From the NCBI GenBank assembly GCA_964590575.1, contig CAZPWM010000013.1, positions 1 to 51,153 of the forward strand: DNA of 51,153 bases, in the 5' to 3' direction. Within the stretch, counting starts at the first letter, position 1. Each line of letters starts with the position of its first letter. This DNA comes from an uncultured archaeon (lineage in GTDB: Archaea; Asgardarchaeota; Thorarchaeia; Thorarchaeales; Thorarchaeaceae). Shown here piece after piece: positions 30,301 to 39,800 of this stretch. Position numbers and translations under genes: made by a program. The notes beneath the pieces were generated by a model. That model was given only the letters and a program-made list of their open reading frames with translations. It made no database searches and was not told where the DNA came from.

Positions 30301-30872
30301 CTATTGGCATCACAAAGGCAGTGTCAAGTATGCCAAGCGAAGCCATTGCTACAGATGTTCCTGAAATAGAAGAGTTACTTGTTCAATTATCAATCCTGTC
30401 AAAGCTGACGTCAGATGAACTTGAAGACTTCAAGCTTGATGTTTCGAAGATGAAACTAAGTGAACAAGTGATTTTTGTCAAGGAAGTAATCAACCAGGAA
30501 GCCATCAAGCAGGGAAAAATAGAAAGAAAGCCCATGGAGTTGATTTTAGAGGAAACAGCTGCCAAAGCACGCGCTGTATTGGCTGGGGAAGTGATCGAAG
30601 AAGTCACGGAACCCGAACCAGTTGAAGAGAGTGTCGAAGCGGAGAGAGTAGAAGAACTTGAGGAGGCTGTTCCAGAGCCTCTTGATTTTGATGAAGTCGA
30701 TTCAACTGATAGACTTAGTGAATATGAGCTGGAAGAGATACGTCAACGACTAATGAATGCCGGAATTAAAAGAACTGAACTTGAAACCATCATGGATCAA
30801 ACACGCGAACTTCCAAGGGAGCTTGCAGAGGAGCTTCTGAAGAGCATTCTCGGGAAGGAAGGTGAAGACTAG
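15342..30872 (+). CDS. Giant single-pass surface protein A (5176 aa): signal peptide, 5 x DUF2341+LamG-like modules, Ig-like stalk, TM helix, cytoplasmic tail
   Basis: MKK + hydrophobic signal with GGAG SD. Five modules of K.I.IDH..V..DL..FPVL...VWHL...W.H.V...IDEVR.S....S..WI.TEY.NQ.NP. Repeated ~100-aa beta-rich units (P.YG.N.T...Y.D....I.GA...G.Y), TM at ~30100-30155 and an acidic tail. Confidence 0.9.
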   Translation: MKKEIAALAIVFIFLIPLASGPAPEGRFPYFEGATSKGDDFLLSDWQDGTSGNGDPLLGNLNGLRVASGTSVIDYTHSGYVGIDPPLGWSSGELEGQLDHLSMWVDSELVNPRLDTYHTEKRFFTGSDSQYNGDDFRVPDGWTLVKNDIPSAGTQHPEHGCLEVNSYSGNGYDSTMGWRFDANYGSGEILSPSVEVYMNQLIAAPWRAIYSAEISFRYYVSSVSVMDDDFYIFTRLESYTSKHHVFESTDPTETWLEATASVPSSFLEYLENPNSLLFDIGLGTDLSGLSGASDHEVYIDEIELRLFVRPFPEQIDLRANGAQVTGSTQGSVSPYVPDGANRDCYSWEDDGGVDLDGYGNNGWLEVGADAPAYPDWSTASSYQVGFQFPLYVSQGASITSAYMRVEAASDSTGYPGMRVYVANEDNVAAFTNGYPTLPDRYDWVNTSIYWRPTTWTVNGRYDTPDISALIQDVVSKPGWQSGNYICIMLDYAYSNQDYTYNQIKGSTGFTQADLARLFVDFIEKEPSDTIPSFSFNKKLVIDHTKVISDLQDFPVLIDIWDENLHLDAQADGDDIAFMYNGQVIDHEIELFEKQGNGTHAHLVCWAKVPHLSSSEDTTITMVYGDDDLGSQENPEGVWDSGYSTVWHLNDNPAQPQWVSAYADYVPHQPQVLDSTSPMTGGTTYGTMTSTDSVSGQIGSAIDLEGVNDFVDFGDPTELQMAGAFTVEAWFKADFIDNDYLVVKSGESNYRGWDISFDDDSSISPAGWVMFRFSPDGVNTNIVGFERVDTGQWYHVVGVFNPSVSARFYLNGELVDEMTSGVPASVNDPSRPVRIGRRSDNPGGTSYLDAIVDEVRISNVARSDAWIRTQYYNQRNPELFIAVDEESVNFQYMKDITINHNEVASDLKGFPVLIDIFDADLHTNVQSDGDDIMFTSNGRSIPHEIELFDQQYNATHAHLIAWVKADLSSSSDTILTMYYDNPSIGSQENPDEVWRADYAGVWHLGELSGSAIDSTSFGISGSVSAGVTRNQVGIAGSCYEFNGANGNVNFGNPSDGHLDYGENAFSFSLWVRVDQSTGNYQLPLFKGGTTTSDAGYEIESNVVGSNLKAEVSDGAIQVISDSTPVTFGQWLYLVAVVDVAASLLRFYSNGALVGSSMDISSLGDVSNSQNFQLSPLLYPVDGAIDELRVMSKALTASWILTEYNNQLNPSNFYNIGSEQEVIIPKEVPLGFMYQKVISIDHNMVDADLSGFPVLIDMYDTDLRTDVQVDGDDILFVKDGWILPHEIELFDQSYNSSHGHLIAWVRTDLSSTFDTILSMYYGNPSSEKQENPEGVWDTSFAAVWHLSEDPASAVYDSTANSNEGIGLSSGSEPTLQTGKIYECIEFFGEATNDRIQVAHSSSLVLQTNIMVEAWIRTNNTDSTSDAILAKWGDVGHRNYWLGKFDGSTLAFYVDNMQSVTASLSYVNDGDWHHVVGVANSGTGNLLLYIDGIERGNAAYSGSTQTGTSVLHIANNPGSVGFIQEWDGRIDEVRVSSSSRSSGWISTEFKNQYNPTSFYSIGSEVPVQPVRLSYKKDIVVDHTKVVADLTGFPLLIDIFDSDLKTRTQLDGDDIIFKSGASLLPHEIELFDPDYNSTHAHLVVWVKIDLSSTVDTYVTMYYGNSEATNQENPAGVWDDNYIGVWHLGETTGGSNSIKDSTSQANHGTDFGGPTFGVNGAIGNAIGFDSSPYIQIQDSVSLDSIATGITISVWTQADPYVWEIPVLAKGGEDTGAFSLFYYRSSGTNDICYNLDGVSSGPQHTGEPVTRTGWMHVVLTYDGLYLKVYKNGALASSQLIPSTPSIISNNEPLYIGYESDYDDDFLGIIDEARLSASAKPEDWILTEYNNQYNPSSFYSIGLEEQISDNGYIFTTSSESSVTIGAKLSLGVQTSAHSYADDFTLGTSFSIENSTLPIWTAGVLVSPPPEITALSFEISYPEGEWWPFSVKSPSGAEKGFATDWTCFDGRLIVGSDAIDEYGMWQIQFLDRNHVLDTQMGPTGGPYSSTDQFTIGEDIQFRVWSSGTIGSTISLELTDPSGSSWYTGSTTFQGQRFTLPYYHRKYLTISHENVAEDLGNFPVLVNIYDSDLRTDVRSDGRDIAFAIGEETLSHEIELFDQTYNLTHAHLVAWVNVPVLSGSTDTVISMYYSNPLAPIVYDSGPVWDSGYLGVWHLAESGTGAPDEYLDSSQYKNHGQGGEGNSSFVPTQVSGKIGSGQDFNNLDGYYDLIDCGDSPLWDIDGYQITLEAWIQHDITPNNHVYGIMNHKGWYDGYALYINYGGGSTLKPTFSLPGETHQLVGANDVTGSSWHHIVATYDGSLMRIYVDGVQDPNVLVKTDAIKPSAYEKDFWIGHGDQPKDKAWSAEWEGQIDEVRISDVLRSVGWIQTEFENQYNPSSFYSVGAEETIGYSESASINLDTSAPAGVWRATARYSDGSSYVSHRVGMFARSFIVKRGTSLSLTAPGDAIADGISTKLVGEQLYVEFELEDALNAALVSGATVYMNWSVSGVPTEVQLNDYGDGRYGKTFNTSDLGSYGRWRLDLEASHQFYTNATDFFYLDLSHRTFLTYEPPLDAPYGDNFEIRLTLKDQLDNAPLTGASISCNATILGIPTDYGNGTYLVTVDSLGFSIGEYTFRFTATPSTSYLLSSNIDVQFSYRPIATDATPLSPDSVEAPWGQQANTSIYWYDVDHAGIGVEGGSLNISPFVQTQTFEGGGGFYDVIIDVSSFTPGTHFFNLTWSKLNYQSLITTISVTILAHRTTLSVEYNSTIPVGTDAYFDVSWLDLNLDSSAVNSGNLSQVNLDWGIGSASSLTLGFWLDTSSWSIGSYSINVTISATDSPRFYMDSYILINLEVRKLNVYLSWDPLEPFPNGNDFVMFIHVNVSEPGGSIDGTPITGLDQTYFSARNETGGLYTFESFTNLGNGLYQLTIDSTRFLEGQYKIIVFVDFLPAENYRDTNTPQIQFTYRPILTYLSSPDYPTVTTSFDTNVTITLSYVDIDHVQNITIGIITSGGASIVWQHMGSGVYEVLIIVQGWDLGAHEVNLTADASGYQAKTLTFQILVQIAYAYARSSVSIIDLPVGDTAVFYADYWDITHDDPILGATVNHNWTYSLSISWTGDQYRIELPSKDTDALGSYLIIFNFSKGSNYQFGYFNISIILRTHLTEFRLASAVEPTSYNAMVNISIYCGDLDNDAGIIDAPVNLSIYGDSGWILATFENDSALGDGYYIIRFAATNLGISGIYQLTVYFNWTGPVQKYYDRSVTAFVSIVGEASNLELIDSSEPTPYLGNLSYTYLYSELYSGNGISNVSAPAGNVFIYVDFVGQAFSPSLFTITEDSGNPGYYSIEFNSTIFERPGVYTMIVYVNWSKGVEPGYGNWTDTVSVRIIPRSTVVNLIPPESTPYGVNATFSFSFDDVAESSTYRIANSPQMTISIGLPDYSITYNEFTRQFQVSFNTSILGEPLGSRQFTISVTWSGSPYYANVTGRQVIISIRFRETEFDYSTVSPTAYGDNVTLRFMFTDITLGISKAIEDGLVTLYNGSQEIPVSEYSFTPLGNGEYDIELRTTYFTNPGTYTITVQMSTSHFYYALVTASRTLSLQYRLTVLLVEPVAETPYNNSLEVVFHYSDLLTLTEIDNSSTPTTIRILNGSSWLFSSVWRGASEDYLLTVLTYNQNLEINRDYILWIEVSYPDSSPFYLSAEAFVSFTLRERATNLELTSSPEPTQYLENINFTVYYQDSLSLDGIAGATITLTVGGVDLVEGTDYILQSPTEGIYEISLNTTALGPAGTTINLGLGASWTSNAPYYSTSTISFTLSVTQRNSITEILASTTQVEFLENVTFTIMYGDETTGQVIQLSKDQLLIYSEGVLLQSNDFSMNYSGSSYEVSLNSSVLNIGLVSNWNLTFYINWQNNVAPYYADGRASAWVTVVNRVGIVIRDAAPTVPIHDNMTLKFTYVDKSTGAGIDDAIVIFDCLSPSGLVEGADFWILRNTGNYSILVDTTSLGNTGAFTFSLRLLWNPTLAPFYRNTTTIFLQGTVRLIQVQLTNEEPDPSTVPINDNVSVVLNLQDLDHAIPIIGAESSFSVRYKTNESGPAIWSITPISIGVYELVVDCSDAGATGTNALIIALSFSDYQTVEIQVPFQIRLRQGELNEVASPSTFHGEATYVIVELIDKDASNTPISDAILIITWPDIGYTPDYTSLGNGSYIINLTTTSLDAGLYTLVVGAMKSGYFVSDISVPVQIKSIPTELILPQTIPDVYWGEDVSIWVMFNNTRDNSLISGAMLVYQFGVLNNVLIEGAPAGNYSFIVDTGNLAVATTYVVSITATLKNYVTITGQVIVNVLKLPIALTVVSEAQQEVFKGSPVNITVYVNNTYNNVPLLGATVEVTWTAQGIQTMILSPVLGKNGYYEGFIDTSDLFVGDYVITIRTGGVNYLSVATSVSIRIKQIATVLLLDALTSSYSTQTFNWTDTIRIGVYVLAPSLNESYPLSTGLPNCTVLWSLSGTSFTGEFLNGTSIGGPGYFYFDFETWDYSATTYTLRITAYPNIGMFAYSSNLTTLIIEPIETSVESSYLSPKIWGWSGWVNLTYWDLLFDRGIAGANIVVDWDGVESIFRHIGNGTYQIFINASLVSPGIYPVSVRFLMDNYKSGTGVFTLTVREVPTSINVFAPTINQIHGDVLNLEVPYGDILPLELFYNDTWYNRGIPGATEMTGVILGSTVPGTNYLLIEELAYGNYSLLLDTTHWEVSPIPYKVVVSFYLANWSRATINIHITIIDVPTALQIDGLSLSMSYGQVYSIWVFYFDNWTGHAGEGIAGGSINATSLDPRYVIVSLNQSDPSRPGWYEIRVLSQRTQGSAIVSIILSKENYESSSAYIAISVEPSEFDILLERAMIYGIPIGLILLVGAVLWTRLFSVPKRLRELRGMVKTISKGKIPKPPDNVPSRQEIVAGLFNEIAEPIGITKAVSSMPSEAIATDVPEIEELLVQLSILSKLTSDELEDFKLDVSKMKLSEQVIFVKEVINQEAIKQGKIERKPMELILEETAAKARAVLAGEVIEEVTEPEPVEESVEAERVEELEEAVPEPLDFDEVDSTDRLSEYELEEIRQRLMNAGIKRTELETIMDQTRELPRELAEELLKSILGKEGED
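16942..22655 (+). repeat. Five diverged DUF2341+LamG coding repeats (starts ~16942, 18007, 19030, 20052, 21618)
   Basis: Recurring peptides FPVLIDI.D.DL, Q.DGDDI.F, HEIELF, HAHL..W and QENP.GVWD at ~1-kb spacing. The fifth copy follows a ~590-nt spacer. Boundaries approximate. Confidence 0.85.
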
Positions 30873-33800
30873 TGAGTATAACTATTGCCTCTAAAAAACG
30901 TGTAAAGAAATGGAAGCACGTGTGTTCCAGAGTCATAATTCCGTGCATCATTCTGATAATATTCTGTTCCCCTGCAGGTTTCACTCTAAATCAGTCTGAT
31001 TTGGTTAGTGAGATGCCCATTAGTAACAGCTCACCATACTGGTTTGAACCTGCAGAAGGACCCCAGGAGTACAGCTCAACCGGATCATCACAACCAGTTG
31101 CGTTTGGTGGTTTGTTCTCTAATGCTACTCAGCCTATCGTTATGCTCGATTCATCGGCACCAGCAACAGTTTCTATCGCTGCGCCTCAAGGTTGGAGCGC
31201 AAACGATCTAAGTGGAACAATAGAACACATCTCCACAGAAGTTGGTGGATTAACAAACGAGCTTCTTGATGACTACCACTCAGAACGATGCATTATAACT
31301 GGTTCCGCATGGAATTCTGAAACATACTATGTACCTGATGACTGGTCACTTCTAAAGAGCGGTGACTCAACAATCCATCCCGGACACGGAGGACTCTATT
31401 GGTATACGTCATCAGGATCTGGTAGAGAAGATTCTATGGGATGGAGACCTAGCGTGTTGTTTGATACATCCAAGACTATTGATCCAAGCATGGAGATATA
31501 CCTTAGCCAGCAAGTCCAATTACCATGGAGAGAAGTGTACTCCTGCAAAATATCATTCTATCACAGAGTGCCAAGTGGTCAGACATTAAGTGGTATATTC
31601 TACTTGTTCATAAGAGTAGGCAGCTACGAAGCCAAATTTAACGTACTCAGTGCGGGTTATACTACTGACACATGGATTCAGACAACTGTTGATGTTCCAG
31701 CGTCTGTATTCTCGAATATCCCAGTGCCTGGTTCTGTTCCAGTTTCAATTGGTCTGAGCACTGACTTCTCGGGTCAACCCTCATCCAATATAAACAACTA
31801 TGTGTACATTGATGAAATAGAAGCTGTCTTCGAGGCACGGCCATTCCCAGAACAAATTGGTCTCAGCGTAAATCAGAGTATCTTGACCAGTTCTGTGTCT
31901 GGGAGCGTATCACCTTATGTTCCTGATGGAGTATATCGTGACTGCTCTGATAACCCTACAACAGGAATTGTTTCTTCTCCAATGGACGTCGGCGTGAAAG
32001 GAGCAGCGTGGAGTAGTGCTAGCAAGTATCAAACTGCATTTCAGTTCCAGCTAGCAATACCAAAAGGTGCAGTCATAACCTCCGCGCGACTAGAAATTGA
32101 AGCACAGAGTTCGGTAGGTGGAGGAAACAATGGACTTCGAGTTTATGCGGCTCAGGAGGATAATTTTGCGCCCTTCAGTAGTGGTCTCCCACATCTTGAG
32201 GATAGATACGACTGGAGCGCAACAAGTGTAAACTGGTTGCTGACCTCATGGGTTTCAAGTAACAGGTACATGTCACCAGACATATCATCGTTGGTGCAGG
32301 GTGTTATTTCGAGAGATGGGTGGTCAAGCGACAACTACATCTGTATAATGCTTGATTATATGTTCTCAGATAGCTATAATGACTATAACAGAATTAAGGG
32401 AACATCTAGCTATAACGGAGAAGATCTCGCTAGGCTTTTTGTGGACTTCATGATACCTCTGCCAGAAGATAGCATTTCATTGTTCAAATACAAGAAGGAT
32501 ATTGTTGTCGACCACACAAAAGTAAGTTCGAACCTTCAAGATTTCCCAGTCTTAATAGACATTTTTGACAGCGACCTGAAAGTTAATGCTCAAGAAGATG
32601 GAGATGATATCAGATTCTGGAGTGGAAATGAGCTACTTGACTATCAGATGGAGTTGTATGATTCGAACTATAATCTAACCCATGCTCATCTGATTGCATG
32701 GGTGCGAGTCCCATTTTTGTCCTCTTCAATTGACACAACTATAAGCATGCGGTATGGCGTTCCAGACATTAGTAGTCTGGAAAGTTCTCTTGGTGTTTGG
32801 CAGGACAGATATCAGAGTATATGGCATATGTCTGAATCGTCTGGCTCTGGAGCCTATCTGAAAGACTCAAGTTCATACGGTCATGATGGTACCCCGACGG
32901 GTACTGTCTTTATGGATAGTGGGAAGATTGATGGAGCGAGATACTTACAGAATTCAGGATACAGCTATATCATGTTTGAGGGAGGAGAGGATCTTCTGGA
33001 TGGGTGGTCAGACTGGCAGTTTTCATTTTGGATGTATCCAGACTTCAGTAGCACCTCAGAGTGGCAAGCAGGATCAAGCGAGCCTGACGTGTTCTACAAA
33101 GGAGCGTCTATGAGTTTAGCTCGTGTCTACTCATATGGAGGCTCTGATGGAACATTTCAGATTGATACGCACTTTCAGAGTAGCGGCACCAGCTATCTAA
33201 CAGTTTCAATCAGGAACAGAGCCTGGAACTATGTAGTTATGAAGTATGAGAGCTCAGGTGATGGTAGACTCAGGGCATACTCCTACGTGAATGGTGGTCT
33301 TTTTGATTCATTCAATGAGTTAGTAGGAACTGGGGACAGATTAGTAAATGATGCTAGTGCCTTTTTGCTTGGGGCGACGAATCCCGATACAGCGTTTTGC
33401 GGGGGAATGGATGAATATCGTTTCATCAAGGAGGGATATACATCTCTAGCATGGATTCAAACCGAGTATGCAAATCAATACGACCCTACAAGCTTTTCCG
33501 CGGTGGGTGAGGAGCAGACGACTCAAATTGAGGACACAACAACGCTCGTTTTCGCAACAACTAATCCATCTATTGTTGAAATCTTGCCAAGACTGAAGCT
33601 CAATGTTACTTATGATGGACTTACTTTTGATGCAAACTTCCAAGAAGGCACGTCATTCAGTGTGAATAATGGCACTGATGTCACATGGATTGCCAATGTT
33701 TTGGTAAGCCCTCCGACCGGTATCAGCGACCTCAGTTTCAACCTAAGCAATCCTGCAGTATGGTCATTGACGAACGTCTCTGATTCAGTCGGTCAAAGCA

Positions 33801-36800
33801 GACTCTCAGAAATTACTGCAACAAGCACACAGGTCATGGTGTCGTCATCGGTGCTTGACGTCTTTGGAGTCTGGAAATTCACGTTCTCCTCGAGCAATGA
33901 AGCCTCGCTACTTGAGTGTGGTATAAATGCAGGAACGTATGGAAACACCATAGAACTTCAAATAGGAGATCTTGCAAAGTTCAGAGGCACTGCTGCGGTG
34001 ATTCCTGGATCGGCAATGCGTCTTCGCTTAGTGGATCCAAGTGGTCAGCTCTTTTACAGCACAGATGATTTGAGCCAAGACGGCAGTGGTCAGTTCGAAT
34101 GGACTGGAATCAGTGTGACTAGCGCTTGGCCAAACGGGCTGTGGGAGGCTCATGTCGACTTTAACAACACAGCAGACTCTACTCCAGAGAGGGTTGGGAG
34201 ATACAGTAGATTATTCACTGTCAAACATGCCTCATCACTGACTCTGTTGTCACCAGCTGATGCAGTGGGCGATGGCGTTTCAGTTCGGACTGCAGGAGAA
34301 CTCCTTGAAGTGGAGGTTCAACTGATCAATACTGAAACTACTCAGAATGTAGCAGGCTCGACTGTCATGATGAACTGGAGCGTATCGGGTATTGAAACTC
34401 AGGTCCAGTTCGAAGATTATGGCAATGGTGTCTATGGTAAAACTCTCAATACTTCTGACCTAGGGCAACCAGGAAACTGGAGGCTCAATATTGTCTCAAG
34501 TCATCACTATCTTATTGATGCAACAACCTTCTTTGATTTGAAGCTCTCACATAACACAGTTCTGACTTACAGAACACCAGCATCAACACCATATGGTGAC
34601 GACTTTAGCGTCAGAGTTAATCTCCAAGATGCTATTACCGGAGCGCATTATGATGGAGCATCCTTTACCTCAAATGGTACGATCAGTGGTGTTACAGATT
34701 ATAATAATGGCACATATCTTGTCAACATAGATTCAACAGGCTTGAGTGTCGGAACATACTGCTTCAAAATAAACACAATTCCATCACAAAGCTTTGTAAT
34801 TGAGAGCTCAGTCGATGTGGTCTTTCATTATAGAGAGATTAAAACAGACCTCATTCAAATCGAAACAAACCCAGTAAGTGTGCCATGGGGTCAAAATGCA
34901 ACGGTCATGATAAATTGGTTGGATATTGATCATGGTAGCGGGGGAATATCTGGAGGAACGTTGAGTGGTGATGGAACATTTCAATATGTTGACTTGCTTG
35001 ATGGTAGATACTCCATCCAAATTGATGTTGAATCATTCAATGTCGGCATATACACATTCAATTTCACTATCGTTCGCACGAATTATCAGTCAAGTGAGAT
35101 CGCAGTGGCTGTGACCGTAAGACCGCACGGGACAACTGTTGTAGCCGCATATGACAGTTCCATACCTATGGGAACGAATGTCACAGTCACTCTTACATTT
35201 TTAGATCGTGATGCTGGAAATACAGTAATTTCAGGAAATCTCTCAAGCGTTCTCGCGGAATGGACCGGGGGGTCTGATATTTACGGTACGCTTCAGATCC
35301 TAATAGAATCTCAGAATTGGGCGATTGGGACTTATACGATTGATATTACAGTGCATGCGACTACATCTCCAAGATACTACTATGATGTAACTATAGTAAT
35401 ATTACTTAGAGTTGAAAAGTTAACTACATTCCTTTCGTGGGATAACTTGGGCGTCTTTCCAATCGGGGATGACTTCGAAGTAACTGGCTATGTGACCGTG
35501 AATGATTCACGTTCCATCTATGATAATATGCCAGTCAATGGTCTTCTTCAAAGCAACTTTATTATCAGGGACAAGAATGGTACGGCCTACAACATCAAGA
35601 CATTTTCAGCCCAGGCTGCAGGAACCTATGTCCTGACCCTCGACAAATCGTATTTCCCCGGAGGTTCTTACGGGATACGTATATTCCTTGTCTTTGGGGT
35701 TTCTGAGAATTACTCTAATGCACAAACACCCATCATTAGTTTTCAATTCAGCAAAGCTAGAAGTGACCTGAGTTCTCCGGATTATCCACTTCTGACCATT
35801 TCATATAGTACAAATGGTGTTATTACCCTAGAGTTTGTTGATATTGATAGAGGACAAGGTATAGACACAGCAACATTCTATGTTGTAGGAGCAGGAAAAC
35901 TCGGTCAGCAATTGATTAGCAGTGGTAGATACAGAGTAACGGTTGACACTTCCTCTTGGAGTATTGGAGTTGCCACTGTGAACTTCACAGCTTCAGCGTT
36001 AAACTATGAGAACAAGACAATTTCAATTGACATCCAAATCAGGGAAATCAGAACATATGCCACGGCAACTGTAGGTACTCTGGAAATACCTGTAGGTGAT
36101 TCCCAAACCTTCTATGTTGATTACATTGACATGGACCACAACCTTCCAATCCCCACTCTGAGCCATTCTTGTAATTGGACTGTAGCCCACTATGATATTG
36201 TCTGGACAGGTGATCGGTATAGTATCACAATCCGTACCTATGACAGCGATGCCTTGACATCCTATCTTTTAGTCTTTGATTTTGCAGCTGGATTGGAGTA
36301 TGAAGCAGCTACATTCAATGTCACTATTGTGATTCGAACAATCAAGACCGAGTTGCGTTTCTTATCGCCCGTTCAAGATACAACTTCTGATGGGAAGATC
36401 AATATTTCAGTGTATTACGGTGATCGAGATCACCTACAAGGGATTGCATCTACTTTTGTCCTATGTACAGTCTGGAACACGACTCACCAACTCACAATTT
36501 ATTGGGAAAACGATACGGTCAATGGTGAGGGATATTACATCATATCAATTGCAGCCTCACAGTTTGGAGGCATTGGAATTCAGCAATTAACTATCTTCTT
36601 CAATTGGACTGGAAGTATCCAAGAGTATGAGAACAAATACCTATCTGTTGATGTTGAGATTGTAGGAGCGGATACAGAACTAACATTGACTGAGGCTGCA
36701 CTTCCTTCTCCATGCCTCGATTACATGGTCTACACGTTCCTATATTCAAGTCCATCCACTGGCGGGATTACAAATGATACCTTCAATGTGATAATAAGCA

Positions 36801-39800
36801 TTGATTTCGTTGGTGTCACAGTTGATCTATCACAAGTTGATATTTGGGAAATAGATAGTGGTGGAAGTCCAGGAGAGTATTCTATTGGATTCAATAATTC
36901 GATACTTGGCGGAACGGGAATCTTTTCCTTGAGGGTTTTCATAAACTGGTCTGCTGGTGTTTCCCCATTTTATACCAATAGGACTGACTTGATTTCAGTA
37001 AGAGTGCTTCCAAGGACCGCAATTTTCTCAGTTATACCTCCCACTAGTATTCCATTTGGTGAGAACGCCACATTTTCATTCACATATGAAGACACGACAG
37101 GAGGCGCTGCCAGTTCTATTGCTTATAACTCACTAGCAATGACGTTATCACTCAATGTACCTGATTTCACAATGACTTACAACTCGCTCGATGGATTGTA
37201 TACAATCTCATTCAACACGAGTCAATTGGGTGCTCCATTAGGAAAGAGATTACTCAGCCTAAGCCTTGCTTGGAGTGGGTTGCCATTCTATTCTAATGTC
37301 ACTGGACGGCTCATAGAAATAACACTGATAGAGCGTCAGACACTTCTAACGTATCCCACTCCTCCTGCGACGCCTTATGGGAATAATGTTACCTTTACAA
37401 TTGCATATGTTGACATCGCAGGTTCGAACTCGAAAGCTGTCCTAGGAACCATTATTGAGATATATGATGGACCAACAGAGATTCCCTCTAGTTATATTCA
37501 CATAATGCACCTAGGCTCAGGGGAATACCAAATCGAACTGAACACGTCCTATTTCAGCCAACCCGGGCTCGTTTTACTTAGAATTGAAGCTTCATCTGGA
37601 CAGTTTTACTATCAAGCCAGAAATGCAACAAAAAGCCTCGAAGTCAATCTTCGTACTACATTGTTGACAACTGAGCCTATTGGATCTGTTCCATATGGCA
37701 ACTCATTTAGTATAGTTCTACATTATCAGGATCTTGATTCACTTGTCCCATTAGGAAATGATACTGGAGTTATGACTAGTTTAGAGATTCTGAATGGGAC
37801 CAGTTGGCAATTTACCTGTATTTGGCGAGCTTCGCTACAGAACTATCTTCTCACAGTTGAAACTTACAACCAAATCCTTGAGCTAGGACAGACCTATTAT
37901 CTTTGGTTGAATATCAGCTCTGAATATACAATACCGTTTTATCAGTCCGATGATGTTTTGGTGCCCTTCCAAATGCGCGAAAGGGACACTAGTCTGGTCT
38001 TGATATCGGCACCATCACAGACGCACTATCGAGACTATGCAAACTTCACTATCATGTTCAAGGATGTATTATCATCATCAGGGATCACTGGCAGTTCAAT
38101 TCATCTATATTTCGGAGTAGTACTTCTTCAGCCCTCAATAGACTACACAATTATTGAAGTCAGTGCAGGTCTCTACACAATTTCCGTGGACACCGCAGTC
38201 CTAGGTGTGCCAGGAACAAAAACATTGCAGGTGATTGCTGACTGGTCTGCAGGACCTCCGCATTACCGTGATGCTCAACGGAACATAATTGTTCCAGTCA
38301 CCGAGAGACCAACAAACGTTGAGGTCGTGTTTCCACCAGGAAAGACTTGGTACCTTGACAACATGACATTGGATTTCGCTTTCGTAGATATATCAACAGG
38401 TGAAAGAGTGGTTGTGTCTCTCAGCGACATTAAGGTATACAGTGGGCCCACACTTCTTGCATATGGCGAATATGCAATTCAATCCATTGGCCCAATATTT
38501 AGACTATTGATCAATTCTACCATCATTAGCGCGACCTTAGTGAGCAATTGGAACATAACAATTCAGATTGATTGGACTGCGGGAGCACCGTATTATGAAA
38601 ATGATGCAACCTCGGTCTTTGTAAGCACTGTAGGTAGAGGTGGAAGCATTGAGTTGAGTCAAATTGAGGAAACACCTTTTGGAGATATCATGAATATTAG
38701 CTTGATATATACAGATCAAAGGACAGGGAAGGCAATAGAAGGCGCAATTATTGTTCTTCATTGTGATCAGGTGCCGGGTCTGGCTGAAGGGGTTGACTAT
38801 TGGGTACAGATGTTAACTGGTATTGATTCAGGGACCTATAGAATTCTTGTCAGCACACCTTCATTAGGAAGCCTTGGAAGTTTCACCTTTGAAATTGAAG
38901 TACAATGGAGTGCCTTAGTAAGTCCATATTATAGCAATATCATTTCACCAGAAGTACAGGGACTTGTTCGTGCAATTCAGACATCTGTTTCAAGTGATTT
39001 ACCATCACCCTCAGTTGTTGCATTCTATGAAGACATTTCGTTTGTGATGCAATTTACAGATACAGATCATGGAGTACCAATAAATGGGGCTGAAGGACAG
39101 ATTTCTGTGAGGTATCAATCAACAGGATTGGAACCATCATCTTGGTCAGTCCAAGTACTAGGTAGCGGACAATATAACATTACTTTGAGCATGATGGATT
39201 CTTTGAATGTTGGTCTACAATCCGTCATTGTGACAATCAATCGTCCACTATACCAAATTGCTCAGACATCAGTTGTATTTGGATTACGGAACAGAGTTGC
39301 TGGATTATCTGCAATTATAGCACCTACAAATTATGCAGGTTATGCGACATCGGTCATGATATACCTCGTTGATTATGATGCTAATGATAGTCCACTTTCA
39401 GGAGCTAGTCTGGTTCGAACTTGGGGAGACTCATCATCATATATTGATCTAGGAGATGGCAGCTATAACGTAACCCTTCAGACTGGCAATTTGAATTTTG
39501 GCTCACAAATCTTGACTGTACACGCTAATCGACTACACTACTCAATTACATCATTGAATATAGAAATTAACCTTCTTGCCGTCCCTTCCGAGCTAATAGT
39601 CACTTGGAGTGGGCCTAGGCTAACTAGTGAAATTTATTGGGGCGAACCCCTTACAATATTCGCGGTAATCAACGATACTCTTAGGAATCAGACAATTTCA
39701 GTGGCGACCATTACATATGACTGGATTGGAGGACCTGGTTCATTTCTGCCTTCAGGGGTACCCGGTAACTACATAGCGATTCTCGATACTAGCTTAGGCG

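Noticed and set aside
30860-30880. Frameshift or readthrough joining giant proteins A and B
   Set aside because: B has its own SD, start and signal peptide, and A ends with a complete tail, so these are separate coupled genes.
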